Of a stretch of DNA of 64,000 nt, positions 27,606-35,884 are shown piece by piece. Position numbers and translations under genes: made by a program. Source of the DNA: Pirellulales bacterium (lineage in GTDB: Bacteria > Planctomycetota > Planctomycetia > Pirellulales > JAICIG01); the NCBI GenBank assembly GCA_040901675.1, contig JBBDYJ010000016.1, positions 72,779 to 136,778 on the forward strand, written 5' to 3'. Under the pieces are notes generated by a model. That model saw nothing but the letters and a program-made list of their open reading frames with translations. It made no database searches and was not told where the DNA came from. Position 1 is the first letter of the stretch. The number at the start of each line of letters is the position of its first letter.

Positions 27606-30500
27606 TCAGCTCCCGGCCGGCGTGAGCGCTTCCAGCATCGCGATGAACTCGTGCAACGCCGGGTCCGACCAGTCCAACGGGTCCGGCTGGCCGAGGAACA
27701 GTTCGGCCAGGGTTTCCTCCCACTCGGCATCCCTCCAACTAGTGGCGGGCGCCTGCTGGGGTTGGTCCGAAGCATCATCCAACTCATCCAGCACGGCGTC
27801 CGTGGTCCGCGCCGCCATGACCTCCGCATCGTCCAGGCTCACGTCCGTGGCCGACAGGAGCATCAGATCGGCCGAGACATCCACGAGCGCAACCTCCAGC
27901 GCGTTGATCATGACGTTGAGGTCCGCCCCCCCCAGGTCCTTCAGCCCCACCGTCAGTTGCCCGTCGAGTACGTCGACCTGCCAGATCAGCGTCTTGAACT
28001 CGCCGGCCGCAGTGGTCACCGAGCCCACCTGCGTGCCCTCCAGGAAGACCCCCATCTGGTCGTGGGGCGCCGTGGCGTCGCCCATCGTCAGGCTGACGGA
28101 GTAAGTCCCCGGCTTCAGGTCGACGGCGAACACGCCCGATCGGCTGTAGTTGAAGTCGCGAGTCAAGGGATCCTCGCTTTCCCGGTCGCGGGCCGCTACG
28201 CTCCCCTGCTGCCAGCCGTAACCCAAGTCGGTGCTATAGGTTGTTGCCTTGGTGACCCGCGTGAAGCCCCCGGCGACCGGCGATGCTGGCATGCCGAAGT
28301 CGAATTGGGCCTGCGGCGTGCCGCTGACGCTCGATGTCTCGGGCGCAATCTCCAGCGCGTTGATCATGACGTTGGGGTCCGCCCCGCCCAGGTCCTTCAA
28401 CTCCAGCGTGAGCTGGCCGTCCGATACCTCGACCTGCCAGGCCCGCGTCTTGAACTGGCCGGCTGCCGTGCTGACCGAGCCGGCCAGGGTTCCTTCCAGA
28501 AAAACTCCCATCTGGTCGTGGGCCACCGTGGCGTCGCCCATCGTCAGGCTGACGGAGTAAGTCCCGGGCTGCAGGTCGACGGCGAACACGGCCGACCGGG
28601 TGTAGTTGAAGTCGCGGGTCAAAGGATGGGTGCTTTCCCGGTCGCGGGCCGCCACGCTCCCCTGCTGCCAGCCGTAACCCAACTCGATGCTATAGGTTGT
28701 GTCCTTGGTGACCCGCGTGAAGCCGCCGGCGACCGGCGACAGTGGCATGCCGAAGTCGAATTGGGCCGCCGGCGTGCCGCTGACGCTCGATGTCTGGGGC
28801 GCAATCTCCAGCGCGTTGATCATGAGGTTTTGGTCCGCCCCGCCCAGGTCCTTCAACTCCAGCGTGAGCTGTCCGTCGGATACTTCGACCTGCCAGGTCC
28901 GCGTCTTGAACTGGCCGGCTGCCGTGCTGACCGAGCCGGCCAGGGTTCCTTCCAGAAAAACTCCCATCTGGTCGTGGGCCACCGTGGCGTCGCCCATCGT
29001 CAGGCTGACGGAGTAAGTCCCCGGCTGCAGGTCGACGGCGAACACGGCCGACCGGGTGTAATTGAAGTCGCGGGTCAAGGGATGGGCGCTTTCCCGGTCG
29101 CGGGCCGCCACGCTCCCCTGCTGCCAGCCGTAACCCAATTCGGTGCTATAGGTTGTCGCCTTGGTGATCCGCGTGAAGCCGCTGGCCACCGGCGATGCCG
29201 GGGTGCCGAAGTCGAAACGCCACGGGGCGATTACGGTGGGCCGCTCATAAGCGCCGATGTCCCAATACTTTCCCTCCGGCCGGGTCAGCCCGTCGAGATC
29301 CCTGGCGGGCGCCTGCTCGGATGTCCCCCGGTCCAGCGCCGGGCTCGCGGCCGCCAGATGGTAGTCGCCGGCCGCTGCATCGACGAACAGCTCCGCCGCA
29401 GCGGCCAGCAGCGAATCGGCGTCCTGGCCCGTGAGGCTTCGCCAGACGTCCAGGTTGAGGAGGCTGCCGCTGTCGTCGGTCGTGAAGCGCGACATGACCA
29501 CGTTGTGGTTGCTGACCAGGCCGGGCAAGCTATTGATGGAGATGTCGATGCTGCCCTTCCAGGAGTGGTCGTTGTACAGGATGTTGTTGTACACCGTATT
29601 GCCGGTGCTGCCGTTCTGGATGTTCAGGGCCCAGCGGGCATCGGATGCCTGCACGATGGTGTTGTTGACGACCAGGTTGTTCTTGGATCCATCCGCCCCG
29701 TTGATTCGATAGAGCGAGATGCCGCTGGCATGGTTGGAGTAGAGCAGGTTGTTCTGAAAAACCGAGCTCTGCACGCCGTCGGCGTTGATCCCCGAGCCGC
29801 CGCCGTGGCCGTTTTCGTAGATCACGTTGTTCTCGATCACCGCCCCGGTAATCAGGCCGTCGCTCCCCATGCTCTCGTCGCCGTTCATGTGGATGCCGTT
29901 TTGGTAGTTGCCCCAGATCGTGTTGCCGCGGATCACCGGCCGGTCGCCGCTGTTGGACACGTAGATGCCGTGCTGCTGGGCGGACCGGCTGGTAACGTTG
30001 TTCTCGATCAGCACGTCGTTGGTGAAAGCGGTGAAGACGCCCCACACCCCGTTCTTGTCCGCTTCGTTCCCCCGCACGACGATCGATTGCGTAAAATTGG
30101 CCGAGGTGCCCACGGCGCGGATCCCCGCGCGAGGCATGCCCACGATCTCGAAGCCCTCGATCACGATGTAGGAAGCACCTTCCAGGTTGATGCCGTCGCG
30201 GTCGGTCCGGTCGTTTGGCAAATCGATCAACACGCCGCCCTGGGCCTGAAACGTGATCGGCGCCGTGGCCGTCCCGTCGGTCCTCAGATCGAAGCCTTGG
30301 TAGGTTCCCGGCCGGACAATCACCGTGTCGCCGGCACGGACCGAGTCGGCCGCTTTCTGCAGCGTTTGCCAGGGATCGGTGGACGAACCGCCGTGGCCGT
30401 CGTCTCCCAGCGGCGACACGTAAAACGTCGATAGCGCCAGCCGCGACTCGAGCGACTCGTAGCGCAGACCCAACCGCTTGCCGTGAAGGCGTTTAGACAT
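27606..30500 (-). CDS. secreted right-handed beta-helix (pectin-lyase-like) protein with three galactose-binding-like modules
   Basis: YESLESRLALS motif; FYVSPLGDD..PWQTLQKAA; Asn-rich helix repeats; SPALDRG..DIGAYE; 3x FDFG..GFTRVT..YGW..FAVDL.PGTYSVSLTMGD. Confidence 0.85.
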   Translation of the reverse strand: MSKRLHGKRLGLRYESLESRLALSTFYVSPLGDDGHGGSSTDPWQTLQKAADSVRAGDTVIVRPGTYQGFDLRTDGTATAPITFQAQGGVLIDLPNDRTDRDGINLEGASYIVIEGFEIVGMPRAGIRAVGTSANFTQSIVVRGNEADKNGVWGVFTAFTNDVLIENNVTSRSAQQHGIYVSNSGDRPVIRGNTIWGNYQNGIHMNGDESMGSDGLITGAVIENNVIYENGHGGGSGINADGVQSSVFQNNLLYSNHASGISLYRINGADGSKNNLVVNNTIVQASDARWALNIQNGSTGNTVYNNILYNDHSWKGSIDISINSLPGLVSNHNVVMSRFTTDDSGSLLNLDVWRSLTGQDADSLLAAAAELFVDAAAGDYHLAAASPALDRGTSEQAPARDLDGLTRPEGKYWDIGAYERPTVIAPWRFDFGTPASPVASGFTRITKATTYSTELGYGWQQGSVAARDRESAHPLTRDFNYTRSAVFAVDLQPGTYSVSLTMGDATVAHDQMGVFLEGTLAGSVSTAAGQFKTRTWQVEVSDGQLTLELKDLGGADQNLMINALEIAPQTSSVSGTPAAQFDFGMPLSPVAGGFTRVTKDTTYSIELGYGWQQGSVAARDRESTHPLTRDFNYTRSAVFAVDLQPGTYSVSLTMGDATVAHDQMGVFLEGTLAGSVSTAAGQFKTRAWQVEVSDGQLTLELKDLGGADPNVMINALEIAPETSSVSGTPQAQFDFGMPASPVAGGFTRVTKATTYSTDLGYGWQQGSVAARDRESEDPLTRDFNYSRSGVFAVDLKPGTYSVSLTMGDATAPHDQMGVFLEGTQVGSVTTAAGEFKTLIWQVDVLDGQLTVGLKDLGGADLNVMINALEVALVDVSADLMLLSATDVSLDDAEVMAARTTDAVLDELDDASDQPQQAPATSWRDAEWEETLAELFLGQPDPLDWSDPALHEFIAMLEALTPAGS
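27890..29216 (-). repeat. three intragenic near-identical units, 456-bp period
   Basis: GCCGAAGTCGAA recurs at 28293, 28749 and 29205. Confidence 0.9.
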
Positions 30501-31104
30501 GCAGACACCCCGTGGAAAGGAAAACAGAAATGCAGACCCGGACCGATAATGTCCTGGCCGTGAAGCCATGCGACCGCGGGCGGGCGCCTGAAGCGGAGCA
30601 GCGAGAAAGGGATCGCCGGACGGCGCGAACGAGATGTGGTCCCGTGACATGGGGAAATAGCCCGCAGGTAGCTCTCGTAGCTCCGGCCGCTCGCCGACGT
30701 GACGAGCGGTCCGACCTCTGCCCTGTGGCAGAAATGGGAGGCGAACCATATCAAACGCCCCGGATTTGCCGCAACCCCCTTATCGGGTCTTGCATCCCCC
30801 CCAACCGGGACTCGTCGCCCTGAGCGGGAGGCGTTTTTCGTCGGTGCCCGAACCCTTCGGCGACAAGGTGGCGGGCGTTTTTGCAAGTCGTCGGGCGGGC
30901 GGCAGGGCCGTCCCGGCCCTCGCCCGCCAGGTTGCGGGCGACGTGCAAATGGCGAAATGCGGTCGCTTGGTATTTCGACCCACAAGTCGGCCCGCGACCC
31001 CCGCCCGCTTTCCACCCGCGAGGAACGTCTGCCCCACCGCTTTTTTTTGGGTTGACAATTTTGCCCACCCCGACCGCTCAGGAAATACTCTTCACAAAAC
31101 TTGC

Positions 31105-31132
31105 TTGACAAGCTGGCAACCGGGAGTATTCT
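31105..31132 (+). promoter_or_regulatory. candidate sigma70 promoter
   Basis: TTGACA-16 nt-TATTCT in an AT-rich patch upstream of the sigma-like gene. Confidence 0.5.
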
Positions 31133-31418
31133 GGGGCCAGTAACTCAATGCCCCGAAGCTCCTCTCCCGCTATGGCCGCGGGGCAAACATTCTGGCGACG
31201 ATCGCGTCGTATCTCCCGCAATGAAGGCGGGCTCCTGCTGAAGACGGTTGTTGGACCGTCGGATCTTTCAGCGGCTTTCCTGCTTTGATCGCTGGTCCAA
31301 GAGGACCGAATTTGCGGATCTCCCCCGCGGCTGTGCGTTCCGTCAGCCCAATGCGCCGGACCTCCCGACGACCGGCCGGCGCGTGGAATCATGGCGCTGA
31401 CGCGGCACCCCAACGGAC

Positions 31419-32069
31419 GTGGCTCAAAAACTGACGAGGCTTCCTTTGGACAAGACACTGACCCAGAAGCGATCGGCCAAGGCCGGACTGGCTGCCGCCT
31501 CGGCGGCGGTGCCGCCGGCCGTGCTGGCTGACCGCGACTTGGTGGACCGTTGCCGTGCCGGGGAAGTCGCCGCCTGGGAACAGTTGTATGGGCAGTGCCA
31601 CCCGCCGCTGTTGATCGCAATCAAGGTTTTTTTAGGGCGGCATGGCGCCGGCGACGACCTGGCCGAGGAAATCGCGGCACGCGTCTGGTACACGCTGATC
31701 GACGACCAGGGGGCCTTGCTGGACCGGTTCGATCATCGCCGGGGCTGCCGCCTGACCACGTTCCTGGCGGCCCTGGCAAAGAAGGACGTGCTGCGCTACC
31801 TGCGGAGCGAGCGGCGCCGCCAGCTCCGGGAGGTGTCTTCTCGTGGCCAGGCGGCCAGCCGCGGCGAGTCGCCTCAACCGCTGGAGATGGACTTCGACGT
31901 GGCGCTGGACGAATTCCTGGCGACGTTGACTCTGCGCGAACGGGAGTTTTGCGAGGACTACCTGTTAGCCAACACGGCCGACAGCCTGGAAAAGTACACG
32001 TGCAGCAATCGTTGGCAACTGCAGCACCGGGTGCGGCGAAAGTTGTGGGTGTTCTTGAACGCGTCTTAA
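31419..32069 (+). CDS. ECF sigma-70-like factor with shortened region 4
   Basis: DRDLVDRCRAGEVAAWEQLY, LAEEI, RFD..RLTTFL..DVLRYLR (region 2); C-terminal LATLTLRERE. Confidence 0.7.
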   Translation: MAQKLTRLPLDKTLTQKRSAKAGLAAASAAVPPAVLADRDLVDRCRAGEVAAWEQLYGQCHPPLLIAIKVFLGRHGAGDDLAEEIAARVWYTLIDDQGALLDRFDHRRGCRLTTFLAALAKKDVLRYLRSERRRQLREVSSRGQAASRGESPQPLEMDFDVALDEFLATLTLREREFCEDYLLANTADSLEKYTCSNRWQLQHRVRRKLWVFLNAS

Positions 32070-32102
32070 GAGAACCGCGGGCGGGTTTCGCATGATTCTT
32101 GC

Positions 32103-32130
32103 TTGACAAAAATACAAACTCGGATATTGT
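32103..32130 (+). promoter_or_regulatory. candidate sigma70 promoter of the exosortase/EPS operon
   Basis: TTGACA-16 nt-TATTGT. Confidence 0.45.
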
Positions 32131-32568
32131 TGGACTGCGATCCGCAATGTTGCGGTTCTCCTCCTTCCCCCCTGCTATGCCGGCGGGGCCCCTCCCTGCG
32201 ACGACCGCGTGTATCTGTGTCCGCTAATGGCGGCGGAACCCGCGCTACTGGCCTCTAGGTCCCAGCGCGCGCGGGTCACCCCAATTTGAGCGACTGCAAT
32301 TTGAGCGACTGCGCTCGCCACGGCAAATCCAGCAGCCGCGGCAGCGCTCGAGCGCAGCGGGCGAAGCATGAACTTGTTACGCACTTAAGGTCAACGACAG
32401 CAGGGAATCTCTTGTTCAGCAGCGGGGCAGCCGGCCTTGGCTCCCGGCAGTCTGGATCAAGCTCCCAAGCCGGACCCCTGACACACAACCTGGCCGCCGA
32501 TTCGGTGCCCTTAGGTTCACCGACGGGGACGGAGTGTGCGCGGAGTGCCCGCTGCCGGTCGCATCGGT

Positions 32569-33549
32569 ATGAACAACAAAACGACCAAAACCAAACAACG
32601 CAGCCGCAGCCGCGCAGCCTCCCAGGCTGGCGGTCGTCCCGCCCCAGCCGGACTGGGTGCAAGACGGCAGCCGGGGTCGTGGTGGATGCTGGCCGGCCTG
32701 CTGGGGAGTGTTTTCGTCTGGTCGTATTGGCCTATTCTCGCGCAACTGTTGAAGGCCTGGCGGCTGGAGCCCGACTACTCGCACGGCTTCCTGGTCGTGC
32801 CGGTGGCCCTCTACTTTCTCTGGGCCAGGCGCGATCTGCGGCCCGCCGCCGACGGGCGAATGGCCTGGGGCGGCTTGGGACTGGTGGGCTTCGCACTGGC
32901 GCTGCGGCTTGCCGGCGGCTGGTATTACATCGACTCAATGGCGGCCTGGTCGCTGCCGCTATGGGTAGGCGGGCTCTGCTGGCTTCTGGGCGGGTGGCGG
33001 CTGTTCCGCTGGGCGCTGCCGGCGGTCGCCTTCCTGGCGTTCATGATTCCGTTGCCGTATCGCACGGAGCAGTTCCTCAGCTTGCCGCTGCAAAGCGTGG
33101 CCACGCGGATCAGTTGCTGGTGGCTGGAATCCTTCGGGCAGCCGGTCCTCACTCAAGGCAACGTGATCCTGCTGGAAGACGTGACCCTGGAAGTGGCCCA
33201 GGCCTGCAGCGGGCTGCGGATGTTCGTGTCGATCTTCGCACTCGCCTTCGTTTACTCGGTGCTGTCGCCGCGGCCCTGGTGGATGAAAGCCGTCCTGTTT
33301 GCCAGCGCCGCTCCAATCGCCATGCTGGCCAATTCCGCGCGCATCGCCGGCACGGGGTTGCTGTATTTGGCTTTCCCACACGATGCGGCCCGCCAACTGA
33401 TCCACGAGGCCGGCGGATGGTCGATGATTCCGCTGGCCGCGGGGCTGATGGGCCTCTTGCTCTGGTACCTGGGCCGTCTGGTGGTCCCGGTGGAAACTCC
33501 CGATCCCTTGCATTCGATGGTACGCGACCGGCTGGCGCCGGCCGGCTGA
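32569..33549 (+). CDS. exosortase (EpsH family)
   Basis: PDYSHGFLV, VAQACSGLRM (Cys), ANSARI (Arg), IHEAGG (His); multiple TM segments. Confidence 0.93.
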   Translation: MNNKTTKTKQRSRSRAASQAGGRPAPAGLGARRQPGSWWMLAGLLGSVFVWSYWPILAQLLKAWRLEPDYSHGFLVVPVALYFLWARRDLRPAADGRMAWGGLGLVGFALALRLAGGWYYIDSMAAWSLPLWVGGLCWLLGGWRLFRWALPAVAFLAFMIPLPYRTEQFLSLPLQSVATRISCWWLESFGQPVLTQGNVILLEDVTLEVAQACSGLRMFVSIFALAFVYSVLSPRPWWMKAVLFASAAPIAMLANSARIAGTGLLYLAFPHDAARQLIHEAGGWSMIPLAAGLMGLLLWYLGRLVVPVETPDPLHSMVRDRLAPAG

Positions 33550-33610
33550 CAGCTCCATGCTGAAGAGCGAACCGGCACCGCTTCGCCCGCACCTTTGAGA
33601 GTCGACCCCA

Positions 33611-35875
33611 ATGAATGAGCCTCGCCACGACCGCGAAACTGCCATCACCGTGAGTGGACCAAGGACGGTGGCGCCCGCCAGGTCTCAAACGGCTGCTTCG
33701 ACCGCTCCGATCGGCTGGGACGATTGCACGTCGGCCGCCCGTCAGTGGTGGTGGCTGGCGTTGCCCGCCGGCTTGCTGCTGGCCGTGCTGGCCGTGGCAG
33801 CCACCTGGCTGATCTTTGAACCCAAATACGAGGCTTCGGCCTGGCTGCAGATCGAAGAGAAGCGTCCGTTCATCGCCTTTCCCGCCTCGGACAGCGAGTC
33901 GAAGCTGTTCGTTCAGACCCAGGTGGAGTTGATCAAGAGCCCCTTGGTCCTGGGGGAGGTGCTTGCCAATCCGAAGATCGCGCGTTTGCCCGAGCTCCGC
34001 GCCGCCGCCGATGCCCCGTTTGATTGGCTGTCGGAAAACCTGACGGTCAAATCCGTCGGCCGTTCCAGCCTGTTCCAGATCGCGTTCAAGTCGCGCCATC
34101 CCGAGCATGCGGCTCTGATCACCGACGCCATCATGGCATCGTACCTCGAGTTCATGCGGGCCGACGCGCGCAACCAGGCGGATGCGCTGATCGACGTGCT
34201 GGAGGAGGAAAAGGGGATCCGCGCCACGCAGGTGCGAGTCATGCAGGAGAAGGTGCGGGAGTTGGCCGCTCCGATGGTGGGCCGGCAGGCCTCCTTCGGC
34301 CTGGGCGAGGACCACTCGGCAACCCCGAACCCACTGGCCAACCTGCACATCCAGCTTGCCGACGCCGAAGTTCAGCGGGCCATGTGGGAGAGCGAGCTGG
34401 AAGTGTATGCCAAGTCGCTCGAAGAGCAGAATGAACTGCCGCAGGGCGCGTTAGAGCGGGCCCTGGAAAGGCAGCCGCAGATTCAGCAACTCGGTGGGCT
34501 GCTCATCGCAATGCAATCCCAGCTTGCGGACTGGGAGCGGACCAGCCCGAAGGGTGCAACTCACGCCAGCGCCGTTTCGCTCAAGAGCGACATCGAGCTC
34601 TTGGAGAAAAGGATCGAAGCGGCCCGCGAAAAGCTTCGCCCGGTCGTGGCAGGCGAAATGCGGGAGGTGGGACTGCGTGACACGGCCGACGCCGTCTCTC
34701 GCCTCAAGAAGCAAATTGCCACTCACCGCCTGCTCGAGGAACTGCTCAAGGATCGGATCGACAAGCAATTCGCCGCGATGGAAGGATTGGGAGACGACTC
34801 GCTGAGGCTGGAGATCGCCCGCGGCGAACTCCAGCGCGCCGAGATCGTGTTCCAGAAGATCTCCGACCGCATCATGGCCCTGCGGACCGAGCAAAGCGCC
34901 CCGACCCGCGTCGTCGAGCGCCGCCGGGCGGTGCCGCCCGATCGTCCCGTCGACACCCCTTATGCCAAGTTGGCCGCGGCCGGGCTGGCCTTCTTTTGTC
35001 TGCCGTTCGGCCTGGCCGTGCTGGCCGAGCGCCGAGTCCGCCGCATCGCCGAGCCGCAGCAGATCAGCCATGAGACCAATCTCGAAGTCGTCGGCGAGAT
35101 CACCACGCTTCCCACCCGCTCGCTCCTGCCCGGCCGCCGCTCTGCCAGCCGCTTCGCTCGCCACTGCAGCACCTTCGAGGAGAGCGTCGAGAATCTCGGC
35201 ACGCACCTGATGCTCTCCGACGAGCTGCGCCAATTGCAGATCATCGTGGTGGCCAGCGCCGTCAGCCGCGAAGGCAAGACCAGCCTGGCCTCGCAATTGG
35301 CCGTGAGCCTGGCCAATTGTTCCCGCGAGGTGGCCTTGCTCGTCGACGCCGACTTGCGAGCACCCGACCTGCACCAGCGCTTCGGTATCCCGCAGTCTCC
35401 CGGACTGGTCGAAGTGCTCAACCAGGAGGCCGCCGTTGAGGACGCCATCGTCACCAGTTGGAGCAGCCGCCTGCACCTGCTGCCGGCCGGCCGTCTGAAC
35501 CAGAATGCCCAGTCGCTGTTGGGGCGGGGAAGCTTGAAAGTGCTCCTGGACCAACTCCGCTCGCGATATCGCTATATCGTGGTCGATGCACCACCGGTGC
35601 TGGCCGCCAGCGAAGCGTTGTTCATTGCGCGGGCCGGCGACGGCACCCTGTTATGCACGATGCGCGACGTAAGCCGGGGCGCCCAAATCCGCCTGGCATG
35701 CGAGCGGCTGATTGCGGCCGGAGCCAGGCCCTTGGGCGCGGTCCTCAGCGGGGTGCCCCCCAAGCGGTACGCCCGCAAGTACGGCGGTTCGGATTATTAC
35801 AAGCGGCACTACGTGCTGGCCAACGGGCGCCTCCATCCGCCCGGAGCCTTGGAGTCATTCGGCGACGAATCGTAA
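33611..35875 (+). CDS. polysaccharide co-polymerase/BY-kinase (Wzc-like)
   Basis: Two TM segments flanking a coiled coil; SAVSREGKT, LVDADLRAP, IVVDAPPVL; Tyr-rich tail. Confidence 0.9.
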   Translation: MNEPRHDRETAITVSGPRTVAPARSQTAASTAPIGWDDCTSAARQWWWLALPAGLLLAVLAVAATWLIFEPKYEASAWLQIEEKRPFIAFPASDSESKLFVQTQVELIKSPLVLGEVLANPKIARLPELRAAADAPFDWLSENLTVKSVGRSSLFQIAFKSRHPEHAALITDAIMASYLEFMRADARNQADALIDVLEEEKGIRATQVRVMQEKVRELAAPMVGRQASFGLGEDHSATPNPLANLHIQLADAEVQRAMWESELEVYAKSLEEQNELPQGALERALERQPQIQQLGGLLIAMQSQLADWERTSPKGATHASAVSLKSDIELLEKRIEAAREKLRPVVAGEMREVGLRDTADAVSRLKKQIATHRLLEELLKDRIDKQFAAMEGLGDDSLRLEIARGELQRAEIVFQKISDRIMALRTEQSAPTRVVERRRAVPPDRPVDTPYAKLAAAGLAFFCLPFGLAVLAERRVRRIAEPQQISHETNLEVVGEITTLPTRSLLPGRRSASRFARHCSTFEESVENLGTHLMLSDELRQLQIIVVASAVSREGKTSLASQLAVSLANCSREVALLVDADLRAPDLHQRFGIPQSPGLVEVLNQEAAVEDAIVTSWSSRLHLLPAGRLNQNAQSLLGRGSLKVLLDQLRSRYRYIVVDAPPVLAASEALFIARAGDGTLLCTMRDVSRGAQIRLACERLIAAGARPLGAVLSGVPPKRYARKYGGSDYYKRHYVLANGRLHPPGALESFGDES

Positions 35876-35884
35876 AGCGGACCC

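Noticed and set aside
27651..30434. 927-aa plus-strand ORF and other long antisense ORFs (3349-5451, 11349-13298, 36356-38335, 21548-23293)
   Set aside because: Shadows of well-supported opposite-strand genes in GC-rich DNA, with no motifs of their own.
31175..31235. Possible c-di-GMP-I riboswitch (GGGCAAAC)
   Set aside because: The following GNRA-capped stem and GACGCAAAG segment are not present.
32286..33563. 425-aa ORF overlapping the exosortase
   Set aside because: Low-complexity alternative frame; the exosortase motifs are in the 32569 frame.
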